This document shows, in pieces, positions 37,431 through 47,190 of a DNA stretch of 64,000 bases. Source of the DNA: Alphaproteobacteria bacterium (GTDB lineage Bacteria > Pseudomonadota > Alphaproteobacteria > UBA9219). The stretch's first letter is position 1; every line of letters begins with the position of its first letter. Position numbers and translations under genes: made by a program. The notes beneath the pieces were generated by a model that saw only the letters and a list, made by a program, of their open reading frames with translations, was not told where the DNA came from and did no database searches. The stretch is from assembly GCA_028866275.1 (NCBI GenBank), contig JAGWIK010000001.1, positions 63,524 through 127,523 on the forward strand, in the 5' to 3' direction.

Positions 37431-39082
37431 GGAATCTTGCTTTCGTTGTATTTAACGGCGCACAATTTCATCGCCGTATTGTCGTACAGGATGTCGGTCA
37501 CAGTCTGGCAGTTTTGCGTCTCCAGCGTAAGACCGAAAGCGCGCAACGCCGCCGCGCCCTGATCCATGCGCCACGGCGGCAACAAGGCCATAAACCGCCC
37601 GCCTGTTTTGAAATGCGCGTCGATGCGCGCCTGCATCACCTTGTCGATGCCGAATCCCTGTTCGGGGCTGGCAAAATTGCTTTGCACCCGGATAAAGGAA
37701 ATATTCGCCGGAAATTCGGGGACAAGGTGGGAATAAGGCTCGTCGCTCGCCATTAAAATCATCAAATCCGACGTATCGCCCAGCGCGGGGATTTTGGCTT
37801 CGACATAATGCGCCGTCCATGTCGCGCGGCGATGCCAATCGCCGGGCTGGATGGACGCCGTCACGGCGGCAAGAATAAAGGCCGCCACCAGCCCCCGCGT
37901 CGTGACTTTCAACGGCAACATCCCGACGGCAAGGACGATCAGCAACGGCGCGATCATCTCCATCGTCACGGCATAGCGGTATATCGCGAACAGCGCGACC
38001 CACGCGGCATAGCTCAAGGCAAAGGCGGCGATCAAATACCGCGCGGCATAGGGGGCCGCTATCCTGTCGCTGGCCGCGCGGTTGCGCCCGAAAAACAGGC
38101 GCAGAAAAACGGCAACCGGCAGCACGACATATAAAATAGGCAATCGCCAGTCGCGCCATGCAATCTCGCCCACGCGCCACGGGTTATGCGCGAAAACAAA
38201 GGGCAAAGTCAGAATGTCGCGCCAGCCATGCGGCACATATTGCGTATCCTCGACATTGCCCGCGCCTTCCAGCGGCGAATGAAACACGTTGTTGAAATAC
38301 GGAAAAACGGGGTTGCCGTAATGGCTGTACAAAAACCATCCCCAATCGCCGTAAGTCACGGCTACGCCCGCGATAATGCCCAACCCGAAGGCAAAGCACA
38401 GCATGACGCGCCGCATGGCCGTGCCGCTGGCGAACAAAAACCCGCCGCATAAACCGGCGCAGTAAATCACGCCGGGTAATTTCAACCCCATCATCAATCC
38501 CGCCGGCACCCCAAAAAACAGCGCGAGGATAAAGGCGCGGCGCGCGGGGCCGATGGCCAGACTTTCGATATGCCGCGCGACCAGCGCCGCCGACAATAAA
38601 AACCCGATGCTGACGATATTGTCGCCGAACGTCGTGCCGACCAGGGCGATACCCTCGCCGCCCAACACGCCCAACCCCGCCAGCGCGGCGCAAACCACGA
38701 CCTTGTGCCGCGGGTTGGGGACAATCAATGTGGCGTGCGCGATAAAGAACAGCAGAACGAAATTCAACCCCTGCACGCACCCCAGCAAAAACCCGACCAG
38801 TCTGGCGGGCCAATGCGTCGCCGCCAGAAAAAACGGCACGTCAAGCAGCGGGTTGTAAAAAGTCGGGATCTGCGCGGGCAGGATATCGCGCCCATAACGA
38901 TCGTTCAAAAACGCATAGGCGTTATAAAAATGGTAATTGCGCAAATCCCAATTGGCGTCCTGTCCCAACGCCACGGCCAGCGCGCCATACATCAACGGCG
39001 CGAGGATTAACAGCGCAACGGCCAAAGCCCGGGCGCGTTGCCCGCGCGGCGGCAGAAAATGCGGCGGATGGATGATAAACAT
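37427..39082 (-). CDS. Polytopic membrane protein, probable GT-C fold glycosyltransferase
   Basis: More than 10 TM segments; DANWDLRNYH after TM1, GLK, GNPVFPYFN and IYRY; coupled to the GT2 and GtrA genes. Confidence 0.7.
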   Translation of the reverse strand: MFIIHPPHFLPPRGQRARALAVALLILAPLMYGALAVALGQDANWDLRNYHFYNAYAFLNDRYGRDILPAQIPTFYNPLLDVPFFLAATHWPARLVGFLLGCVQGLNFVLLFFIAHATLIVPNPRHKVVVCAALAGLGVLGGEGIALVGTTFGDNIVSIGFLLSAALVARHIESLAIGPARRAFILALFFGVPAGLMMGLKLPGVIYCAGLCGGFLFASGTAMRRVMLCFAFGLGIIAGVAVTYGDWGWFLYSHYGNPVFPYFNNVFHSPLEGAGNVEDTQYVPHGWRDILTLPFVFAHNPWRVGEIAWRDWRLPILYVVLPVAVFLRLFFGRNRAASDRIAAPYAARYLIAAFALSYAAWVALFAIYRYAVTMEMIAPLLIVLAVGMLPLKVTTRGLVAAFILAAVTASIQPGDWHRRATWTAHYVEAKIPALGDTSDLMILMASDEPYSHLVPEFPANISFIRVQSNFASPEQGFGIDKVMQARIDAHFKTGGRFMALLPPWRMDQGAAALRAFGLTLETQNCQTVTDILYDNTAMKLCAVKYNESKIP

Positions 39083-39103
39083 GCCGTGACGACAGCCGCC
39101 GCG

Positions 39104-39883
39104 TTACTGCGCCGCGCCGCCGTTATCCGGCGTCGTCGAAAACGCCGTCGTGCCGTAAACCGGCGATGTCGGTTTTTGCATATTTTCCTGCGCCACGCCG
39201 GACAAGGACGCGCTCTGCGCGGCGGGCGGCGACATCGATGCGGGTGACAAAGCCGCGGGCGACAACGGCGCCATATCCCGACCCATCACGTCGCCGCCGA
39301 ATTGCGGCGCGTCGACGATAAACGCGCCCATATGCTGGCGCAGGCCTGCTTCCAGATTGGTGCCCAAATCCTTCATCAAACCGTTCAACAACGTGTAATA
39401 GGCGTTCTGTTTTTCGATGTCGGTGGGGTTTTCCGGCAATGTGACGGTGCGCGTGGCCTCGGCATCGGTGTCGGCATAACCGGGCGCGCCGTTGGCCTCG
39501 ACCGACACTTCGGCATGCGCGGTATATTTCAATCCCTGCTGGCGCGTGAACCAGCTGTCCATGCCGTCCTTCACCGGCAACGGCGCGCTGGTCAGGGATG
39601 CGTCGCGAATAATAACGGAAGCCTGACCCGACGCGCCCGCGGCCTGCAACCGGTCCGACGCCCATTGCTTGATCGCATCGGTAATCGTCGGCTTGAAATG
39701 GTTGGAATCATAAGGCGACCCGGCGGGCTGCATGCCGCTGCGGTCGGTCAGGGTGATATCGCGCACATTCATCGTGATCTTGGGTGGCAACACGGCGTTA
39801 TAGGGCGGTTGCGGCGCGGGCCCGTTGTCGGAACAGGCGGCAAGGGCGACGGCAAGGCCGCAGAACAGCAAAGCTTTTTTCAT
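39104..39883 (-). CDS. Hypothetical lipoprotein
   Basis: MKKALL...LAAC lipobox; GGAG RBS. Confidence 0.8.
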   Translation of the reverse strand: MKKALLFCGLAVALAACSDNGPAPQPPYNAVLPPKITMNVRDITLTDRSGMQPAGSPYDSNHFKPTITDAIKQWASDRLQAAGASGQASVIIRDASLTSAPLPVKDGMDSWFTRQQGLKYTAHAEVSVEANGAPGYADTDAEATRTVTLPENPTDIEKQNAYYTLLNGLMKDLGTNLEAGLRQHMGAFIVDAPQFGGDVMGRDMAPLSPAALSPASMSPPAAQSASLSGVAQENMQKPTSPVYGTTAFSTTPDNGGAAQ

Positions 39884-39928
39884 CGGAAACTCCGGTCGGA
39901 AATTCAAGGGTGAATCGCGGCAATGAGG

Positions 39929-40057
39929 CTAGACCGCGATCCGTTCAGGTGGAAGCATAAAATGGTTCCACCTGAACGGTGAATCGCTGGTCTTAAACAA
40001 AAAAATAGAGCCTTTTTCCGGCAAACGCCGATTCTACCTATTCGGAAAAGGCTCTAG
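39929..40057. repeat. CTAG-bounded palindromic mosaic (MITE/RIME-like) element
   Basis: Perfect 14-bp inverted repeat at 39941-39954 / 39966-39979; second inverted repeat at 40006-40020 / 40043-40056; CTAG at both ends. Confidence 0.75.
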
Positions 40058-40091
40058 CCGAGAAAACCCGCGGTTAAAAGCGCGATTTGGC

Positions 40092-40514
40092 ATGGAACCC
40101 CACGATTGCGGCGTGAAAATGGCTGCGGGTTTCTGGTTTGCCGGCCGCATCATCGAACGCCTGCGCGCGCCGCGCGTGCTGTGGCTGGGCGAAGCCTTCA
40201 TGTCCGCGCTGTCATGGGCGGGCGTGCTGCTGTCGAATATGGCATCGCCGGTTCTGATGTCCGTCGGCGCGGCCGGTTTCGGCCCCTATACCGTCGCTTG
40301 CGACAAGCTGTTGCAGGAAGAATTCACCGACGACCAACGCGCCACGCTGGGGTCGGTGGCGTCTTTTACCGGCAGCATTCTATACGCCCTGTTCGCCCCG
40401 CTCATCGGTCTGGTCGCCGACCGTTTCGGCATCGCCGCCGGTCTTTGTTTCGGCTACGCTTTTTGCTCGCTGTCGCTGCCGGTTTTCATCCGTCTGTTCC
40501 GCCGTCACTTCTGA
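40092..40514 (+). pseudogene. C-terminal fragment of an MFS transporter
   Basis: About four TM helices with QRATLGSV and GLVADRFG motifs; the N-terminal two thirds are absent. Confidence 0.6.
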
Positions 40515-41374
40515 TCCATACCGATATCCAGAATCGGCGCGCTGTGGGTGATCCACCCCACGGCAATACGGTCGACGCCGGTGGCGGCAATGGCGGGCAC
40601 GGTCGCAACCGTAACGCGACCCGACGCCTCCGCCGTTATGCGGCCCGCGATTTTGCCTACAGCCTGCCGCAACTGGTCGGGCGTCATATTGTCCAACAAC
40701 ACGGCATCGACGGGGCAGGCGGGCAGCAAGGCCAGAACCGCGTCCAGCTGCGCCAGCGTATCAACCTCGATTTCCACTTTAACAAGATGGCCTATCGCCG
40801 CGCGTGCGCGTTGAATGGCGGGGGCAACGCCGCCCGCCACCGCGATATGGTTGTCTTTAATCAACACGGCATCGTCCAGCCCGAACCGGTGATTATGCCC
40901 GCCGCCTGCTTTTACTGCATATTTCTCGACCGCGCGCAGGCCGGGTGTGGTTTTGCGCGTGTCGCAGATACGCGCTTTGTGCGGCCTGGCGGCTTCGACC
41001 AGTTTATGCGTTTCGCTTGCTATCCCGCTGAGGCGACATAAAAAATTCAACGCCACCCGTTCGGCGGATAACAGGCTGCGGGCGCGGCCCTCGACCCGCG
41101 CCAGACTGTCGCCCGCCGCAATCCGGTCGCCGTCTTTTTTCAACGCGGTAAAAACAATATCGCTATCGATACAATCGAAAGCCAGCCGTGCCAGATCCAG
41201 CCCGCACACCACCCCGTCCTGCCGCGTATTCAGCACCGCCGCCCAAACCGCATCGGCGGGAATAATCGCGTTGGTTGTAATATCGCCGGCGCGGCCCAGA
41301 TCCTCGCGCAGGGCGTTTTCCACCAGCGGACGCAATAAAATGTCGGGCAGGGGGGCAAGAGGCGCGTCGGTCAT
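40505..41374 (-). CDS. nadC: Nicotinate-nucleotide pyrophosphorylase (carboxylating)
   Basis: ERVALNFL, DTRKTTPG, HRFGL, LIKDNH, EVD, LLDN and EASG motifs. Confidence 0.98.
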   Translation of the reverse strand: MTDAPLAPLPDILLRPLVENALREDLGRAGDITTNAIIPADAVWAAVLNTRQDGVVCGLDLARLAFDCIDSDIVFTALKKDGDRIAAGDSLARVEGRARSLLSAERVALNFLCRLSGIASETHKLVEAARPHKARICDTRKTTPGLRAVEKYAVKAGGGHNHRFGLDDAVLIKDNHIAVAGGVAPAIQRARAAIGHLVKVEIEVDTLAQLDAVLALLPACPVDAVLLDNMTPDQLRQAVGKIAGRITAEASGRVTVATVPAIAATGVDRIAVGWITHSAPILDIGMDQK

Positions 41375-42843
41375 AGATAATCCTTCACATCGTCAAAAGT
41401 TAAAACGCTGCGGCTGCCGGTAACGGCGGTTTGGGGGAAATCCGACCGGTAATGCGCGCCGCGGCTTTCCTCGCGCCGCAAGGCCGACACCGCGATCATC
41501 AAACCGGACAGGGCCATGTCGCAGGCCGCGGCCATGGGGGCCAGTTTTTGCGCCGCGCGTTCCAATCCCGCGCGATCGCGCACCACGCCGACATGGTCGG
41601 ACATGGCGGCGCGAATGTCCCTTTGTGTCCCGTCTTCGCTGCCGCAGGAACCGCCATTCCGGCGCAAATCGGGATCGCGTGAAGATTTCATCCGGCTGTT
41701 CCATGCGCCGCCTTGGATATCCGCGGCCACCCGCGCGCCGAAACTTGCGGCTTCCAGCAAGCCATTGCTGGCCAACCGGTTCGCGCCGTGCAACCCCGTG
41801 CAGGAAACCTCGCCGCAGGCCCATAATCCGGGCACGCTGCTGCGGCCGCGCGCATCGGTGACGATGCCGCCCATATGGTAATGCGCGGCGGGACGCACGG
41901 GAATGGGCGTCGTGTGCGCGTCGATGCCCGCGCCGGCGCACAGCGCGTATATATTTGGAAAACGCGCGGCCAGATTTTGAACGGGCCGCGCGTCGAGAAA
42001 AACTTGTTCGCCCTTGGCAATTTTGGCGGCAATGGCGCGCGCCACGATATCGCGCGGCTGCAATTCATCGATAAAACGATCGCCCGCGCCGTCAACCAAT
42101 ACCGCGCCTTCGCCGCGCAGGGCTTCGCTGGCCAACGGCATGGGGTCGCGGCCAATATCAATGGCGGTGGGATGAAATTGCACGAATTCCAGATCGCCCA
42201 GAACCGCGCCCGCCCGCGCCGCCAACGCCAACCCGCCGCCCCGGCTTTCATGCGGGTTGGTGGTGTCGCGCCACAAAGCCGCCGCCCCGCCGGTCGCCAG
42301 AACGACGGCGTCGGCGGGTAAAAAAATCATTTCATCGCCGCGCCGCAGCGTCACGCCGGTGATGCCGTCGCTCTTGCCGCCTAAATCCACCGCGACGGCG
42401 TCTTCGATAATCTCGACCGACGGCGCGGCGCGGACGGCGGCGATCATCGCCTGCGTCACCGCGCGTCCGGTGGCGTCGCGCGCATGCACGATGCGGCGGC
42501 GGCTATGCGCGGCTTCCAACCCCAATCGCAAATGCCCCGCTTCGTCGCGGTCGAACGGTGCGCCGCGCAATAACAACGTGTCGATCACGCCGCGCCCGTC
42601 GGCGGTGACCTGTTGCACAATGCTGTTGTCGTTGATGCCGACGCCCACGGCCACGGTGTCGGCGGCGTGCAAATCCGCGCTGTCGTCGTCGCCGACGGCG
42701 GCGGCGATGCCGCCCTGCGCCCACGCGCTGCTGCATCCTTCGCCCAATTGGCGCGGCGAAACAAGAATGACCGGCGCAGGGGCCATCGCCAGCGCGGCGC
42801 TCAACCCCGCCAGCCCTGCGCCAAGAATGACGGGTTTGGACAT
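41371..42843 (-). CDS. nadB: L-aspartate oxidase
   Basis: GAGLAG, AQGGIAA, EAAHS, QFHPT, EALRGEG, HYHMGG, HGANRLASN and ESRGAH motifs. Confidence 0.97.
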   Translation of the reverse strand: MSKPVILGAGLAGLSAALAMAPAPVILVSPRQLGEGCSSAWAQGGIAAAVGDDDSADLHAADTVAVGVGINDNSIVQQVTADGRGVIDTLLLRGAPFDRDEAGHLRLGLEAAHSRRRIVHARDATGRAVTQAMIAAVRAAPSVEIIEDAVAVDLGGKSDGITGVTLRRGDEMIFLPADAVVLATGGAAALWRDTTNPHESRGGGLALAARAGAVLGDLEFVQFHPTAIDIGRDPMPLASEALRGEGAVLVDGAGDRFIDELQPRDIVARAIAAKIAKGEQVFLDARPVQNLAARFPNIYALCAGAGIDAHTTPIPVRPAAHYHMGGIVTDARGRSSVPGLWACGEVSCTGLHGANRLASNGLLEAASFGARVAADIQGGAWNSRMKSSRDPDLRRNGGSCGSEDGTQRDIRAAMSDHVGVVRDRAGLERAAQKLAPMAAACDMALSGLMIAVSALRREESRGAHYRSDFPQTAVTGSRSVLTFDDVKDYL

Positions 42844-43895
42844 TATCTGACCGCGATCATCCGTTCCACGGCGCGGCGCGCGGGGGCGGCCACATCGGCG
42901 GGAATCACGACTTCATGTTCCATATTTTCCAGCGCGGCGCGGATATTGGCCAAGCTGATGCGCTTCATATGCGGACACAGCTGGCACGGGCGCACGAATT
43001 CGGTTTCGGGCTGTTCGACGGCGACATTGTCGCTCATCGAACATTCGGTCAGCAACAGCGCGCGCGCCGGTTTGTGCGCGCCGACCCAATCGATCATGCC
43101 CGCGGTCGAACCGGCATAATCGGCGGATGCCACGACATCGGGCGGGCATTCGGGGTGCGCCAGAACGATAACGCCGGGATTCTGTTCGCGGAACAAGGCG
43201 ATATCGGCGGGGCTGAAACGTTCATGTACTTCACAATGGCCTTGCCATGTAATAAGTTTTATCGGCCGCGACGGCTCTGCGCCGCCCTTTGGGGGCGTCG
43301 CAACCGCGACTGCGGCATTCAATTCTCGTTGCACGTTCTGCGCCAGATATTCGTCGGGCAACATAATGACTTCGGGCACGCCCAGAGATTCGACAATCTT
43401 TTTGGCATTGCCCGACGTGCAGCAAATGTCGGACTCGGCCTTCACCGCCGCCGATGTGTTGACATAAGTGACGACCGGCACGCCGGGATGGCGCGCGCGC
43501 AAGGCGCGCACATCGGCGGCGGTGATGGATTCCGCCAATGAACAGCCTGCTTCCGTATCGGGAATCAAAACCGTGCGCCCGGGGTTCAGAAGCTTGGCGG
43601 TTTCGGCCATGAAATGCACGCCCGCCACGACGATAACGTCGGCGTCGATTTTGGCCGCCTCGCGCGCCAAAGCCAGTGAATCGCCGCGCACATCGGCGAC
43701 GGCGTGGAAAATTTCGGGACGCATATAGTTGTGGGCCAGAATCACGGCGTTGCGTTCCGCCTTCAGGCGCAGGATAGCGTCGACATCCTCGGCGAAACCC
43801 GCCCATTCCATTTCGGGAATGACGGATTTGACCCTGTCGTAAAGCGCGGCGGTACGCTGCAACGCGGCGGCGGTTTGTGGCGGCAAGATGCCCAT
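42843..43895 (-). CDS. nadA: Quinolinate synthase
   Basis: ILAHNY, GDSL, HFMAE, GCSLA, YVN, CEVH, AHPEC and CPHM motifs; GGGAG RBS before 43895. Confidence 0.97.
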   Translation of the reverse strand: MGILPPQTAAALQRTAALYDRVKSVIPEMEWAGFAEDVDAILRLKAERNAVILAHNYMRPEIFHAVADVRGDSLALAREAAKIDADVIVVAGVHFMAETAKLLNPGRTVLIPDTEAGCSLAESITAADVRALRARHPGVPVVTYVNTSAAVKAESDICCTSGNAKKIVESLGVPEVIMLPDEYLAQNVQRELNAAVAVATPPKGGAEPSRPIKLITWQGHCEVHERFSPADIALFREQNPGVIVLAHPECPPDVVASADYAGSTAGMIDWVGAHKPARALLLTECSMSDNVAVEQPETEFVRPCQLCPHMKRISLANIRAALENMEHEVVIPADVAAPARRAVERMIAVR

Positions 43896-43914
43896 GTCCG
43901 ATGTCTCCCGCCTA

Positions 43915-43935
43915 TTATGCTCAAAATGAGCATTA
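43915..43935. promoter_or_regulatory. NadQ operator
   Basis: TTATGCTCA-AAA-TGAGCATTA palindrome 20 bp upstream of nadA; matches the NadQ consensus as I recall it (ttATRCTCannnTGAGYATaa). Confidence 0.85.
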
Positions 43936-44105
43936 ATGAGGCCCGAAAAAAGGCCTAAAAGGCCTTGTTTATCAACGCCCTGACTATACGCTCCCGCAGG
44001 CGCGAAAGCCATAACAAAAAATTCATATATCTCAGGCTATTATGGCCCCTCCGGCGGCGGCGAACGACTTATTTGCGCCGCAATTTTCGCCTAGCATAGG
44101 GATCC

Positions 44106-45575
44106 ATGAAGAAAATTCTGGGCCTTGGCCTCGCGGCCGTTTTTTTATGCGCATCTTTTTTATGCGCATCGCCTGCGGCACATGCCGACAGCGATGGACA
44201 GATTTTGCATTTGCTCAATCGCATCAGCTTCGGCCCCGAACCCGGCGATATCGACCGCGTCCGCAGCATCGGCATGGGGGCTTATATCGAACAGCAATTG
44301 CATCCCGACACGATACAGATGCCGCCCGATCTCGCGCAACGGCTTGACCAGCTCGACATTACCGACGCGACGCTGCCCGATCTTACCCGGCGTTATCAGC
44401 CCGACATGCCCGAAGGCAAGATGGATGCCGATGCGCGCAAAGCATTCAATCAACAACTCAACCAGCTGGCCTTCCAACTGGCCGAAACCAAAATCCTGCG
44501 CGCCGTCGACGACCCCGCCCAATTGCAGGAAGTCATGACCGACTTCTGGTTCAATCATTTCAATGTTTTCCAATATAAAGGACTCGACCGCATTTTTATC
44601 GCGACCTATGAACGCGACGCCATCCGGCCCTATGCCTTGGGCAAATTCCGCGATCTGCTGGGCGCGGTGGCGCACAGCCCCGCCATGCTGGTCTATCTCG
44701 ACAACTGGCAGAACACAGACCCCGGCAGCCTCGCCGGCATGCGGGCCGCGCAACACGGGCATGATCTCGGCATTAATGAAAACTACGCGCGCGAGATCAT
44801 GGAACTGCATACGCTCGGCGTTGACGGCGGCTATACGCAAACCGACGTCACGACGCTGGCGCATATTTTAACCGGCTGGGGGCTTGGCAAAGGCAAGGAT
44901 TGGGTTGACCACGCCGTGTTTTATTTCGACCCGCAACGCCACGATTACAGCAACCACATTTTTCTGGGGCAACCCATTCGCGGCGGCGGCGAGGATGAAA
45001 TCGAACATGTCCTCGACATGCTGGCGTCAAGCCCGGCGACCGCGCACCATATATCCTATGAGCTGGCACAGGAATTCGTCGCCGACGATCCGCCGAAAAG
45101 CCTCGTCGACAAAATGGCCCTGGCCTATGAAACCAGCGACGGCGACATCGCCGATGTCATGCGCACGATGTTCCATGCGCCCGAATTCTGGAACCCGCGC
45201 TATGCGCAAAATAAATTCAAACCGCCGTTCCGCTATGTCGTGTCGGCGCTGCGCGCGATGGGGACATCCCCGCAAGGCGACACGGGCATGTTGCAAGGCA
45301 TGGTCGCCGATATGGGCGAACCGCTTTACCGCTTCCTGACGCCTAACGGCTATGCCAATACCAACGATCAATGGCTTAATTCCGACGCGCTGCTGAAACG
45401 CGTCGATGACGCGCAACGGCTTGCCCGTTTCCAGCCCGGACTGGCCTTGGGCAATGTGTGGAACGCGATTGGCGACAATAACTGGACGCAAAAAACACGG
45501 GCCGCGGCGCAGGCCGCCGACCCCAAATTGCGCCCGGCCTTGCTGTTGGCCAGTCCGGAATTTCTTTATTACTGA
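44106..45575 (+). CDS. DUF1800 family exported protein
   Basis: Signal peptide; FWFNHFNV, PAMLVYLDN, NENYAREIMELHTLG and LTGW motifs. Confidence 0.92.
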   Translation: MKKILGLGLAAVFLCASFLCASPAAHADSDGQILHLLNRISFGPEPGDIDRVRSIGMGAYIEQQLHPDTIQMPPDLAQRLDQLDITDATLPDLTRRYQPDMPEGKMDADARKAFNQQLNQLAFQLAETKILRAVDDPAQLQEVMTDFWFNHFNVFQYKGLDRIFIATYERDAIRPYALGKFRDLLGAVAHSPAMLVYLDNWQNTDPGSLAGMRAAQHGHDLGINENYAREIMELHTLGVDGGYTQTDVTTLAHILTGWGLGKGKDWVDHAVFYFDPQRHDYSNHIFLGQPIRGGGEDEIEHVLDMLASSPATAHHISYELAQEFVADDPPKSLVDKMALAYETSDGDIADVMRTMFHAPEFWNPRYAQNKFKPPFRYVVSALRAMGTSPQGDTGMLQGMVADMGEPLYRFLTPNGYANTNDQWLNSDALLKRVDDAQRLARFQPGLALGNVWNAIGDNNWTQKTRAAAQAADPKLRPALLLASPEFLYY

Positions 45576-45604
45576 AATCTTTTTATTACTGACGGGGGCA
45601 TGTC

Positions 45605-46828
45605 ATGACAACGCGCCGCGATTTATTGAAATCCCTGATGCTGGCGGGCGGTTTTTCCCTGCTGCCGCTGGGCCGCGCCGGATGGGCTTTGGCCGCGCCG
45701 CGCGAAGCGCAACGAAGGATGGTCGTCATCCTGATGCGCGGCGCGGTCGACGGCTTGAACATAGTGACGCCCTATATGGAGCGTAATTACTACAATGTGC
45801 GCTCGACCATCGCATTGCCGCCGCCCAACAACGGCGGCCTTATCGATCTGGACGGGTTCTTCGGGCTTAACCCCGCCCTCGCGCCGGTGATGCCGCTATG
45901 GCAAAACCGCACGCTGGCCTTTATCCACGCCAGCGGATCCCCCGCCACCACGCGTTCGCATTTCGAAGCGCAGGATATCCTTGAAACCGCGATGTTGAAT
46001 TCGGCAATGGCGACGCAGGGCTGGATGAACGGGCTGGCGCAAATCTTGCCCGGCCCTGACGCGCCGACGCGCACGCTCAGCTTCGGCGACCGGCTGCCGA
46101 AAATTTTTCAGGGTCATTACAACGTCATGACCGTGCCGACGCGCGTGCGCGCCAATGCCCGCCCCGAAGATCCGCGCGTGGCCAATGCTTTTGACAATCT
46201 CTACGGCGCGAATACCGAACTGAGCGGCCTGTATCGTCAGGGCATGTCGGCGCAGGCCAGCATCAGCCAGGATATGCAGGACGAAATGATCGCGTCCGCG
46301 CGCGGCGCGCCCGGCGTCGACGCCTTCGTTCTGGAAACGACGCAGGCGGCGGCGATGATGCGCCGCGACCCCACCATTCAATTGCTGTTTATGGATGTCG
46401 GCGGCTGGGACACCCATGTCGGGCAGGGCGGCGTCAAAGGGCAGCTGTCGAACCGGCTGGAAAAACTGGGGCAGGGGCTGGCCGCATTGGCGCAAGGGCT
46501 GGGCGATGATTATAACAATACCGCCATTCTGGTCATGTCGGAATTCGGCCGCACCGTCGCCGAAAACGGCAATGGCGGTACCGATCACGGCCACGGCAAT
46601 GTGGCATGGTTGCTGGGCGGCGGCGTGCAGGGCGGCAAGGTATGGAGCCGCTGGCCGGGACTTGACCGCGACAAATTATATCAGGCGCGCGATCTGAACG
46701 TCACCACCGATTTCCGCGCCATTATCGCCGCCGTGATGAACGGCCATCTGGGCATGAATGGCAGGCAAATACGTTCGGTGATCCCCGACTGCCCGTTCGA
46801 TGCGGGACTGAACGGGATTGTGACGTAG
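45605..46828 (+). CDS. DUF1501 family Tat-exported protein
   Basis: TRRDLLK Tat signal; RGAVDGL, RSHF, GGWDTH, SEFGRT and GTDHG motifs. Confidence 0.92.
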   Translation: MTTRRDLLKSLMLAGGFSLLPLGRAGWALAAPREAQRRMVVILMRGAVDGLNIVTPYMERNYYNVRSTIALPPPNNGGLIDLDGFFGLNPALAPVMPLWQNRTLAFIHASGSPATTRSHFEAQDILETAMLNSAMATQGWMNGLAQILPGPDAPTRTLSFGDRLPKIFQGHYNVMTVPTRVRANARPEDPRVANAFDNLYGANTELSGLYRQGMSAQASISQDMQDEMIASARGAPGVDAFVLETTQAAAMMRRDPTIQLLFMDVGGWDTHVGQGGVKGQLSNRLEKLGQGLAALAQGLGDDYNNTAILVMSEFGRTVAENGNGGTDHGHGNVAWLLGGGVQGGKVWSRWPGLDRDKLYQARDLNVTTDFRAIIAAVMNGHLGMNGRQIRSVIPDCPFDAGLNGIVT

Positions 46829-46858
46829 AGTCGTGAAATATTGTAAGCGTCTTTTCTC

Positions 46859-46887
46859 TTGACAGCAGTAACCTGATACGTTACACG
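46859..46887 (+). promoter_or_regulatory. higBA promoter with operator palindrome
   Basis: TTGACA at 46859, 17-bp spacer, TACACG at 46882; GTAAC-N7-GTTAC at 46868-46884. Confidence 0.7.
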
Positions 46888-46893
46888 TTGCAT

Positions 46894-47172
46894 ATGATTG
46901 TCCGTTTTCGGCACAAAGGGCTAAAACGCCTGTTTGAGGAGGGATCCGCAAGCGGCGTTTCGGCGCGGCAAGCTGAAAAAATCAGGCAAATTCTGGCGAT
47001 GCTCAACGTCTGCACAGCGCCAGAAGACATAGACGTGCCCGGATTGCGGCTGCATCCGCTCAAGGGAGATTTAAAGGGTAAGTGGGCTGTGTCCGTGTCT
47101 GGAAATTGGCGTATTATCTTTGCTTTTGACGGCAAAAATGTGACGGAAGTCGATCTGGTCGATTATCATTGA
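46894..47172 (+). CDS. higB: Type II TA toxin, HigB/RelE family
   Basis: FRHKGLKRLF, LHPLKG, VSGNWRIIF and DYH end. Confidence 0.93.
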   Translation: MIVRFRHKGLKRLFEEGSASGVSARQAEKIRQILAMLNVCTAPEDIDVPGLRLHPLKGDLKGKWAVSVSGNWRIIFAFDGKNVTEVDLVDYH

Positions 47173-47190
47173 TCGTGGCAGGAGAACGGT

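Noticed and set aside
39929-40057. Possible CRISPR repeat or tRNA
   Set aside because: No repeat-spacer periodicity, no cas genes and no cloverleaf; treated as a palindromic element.
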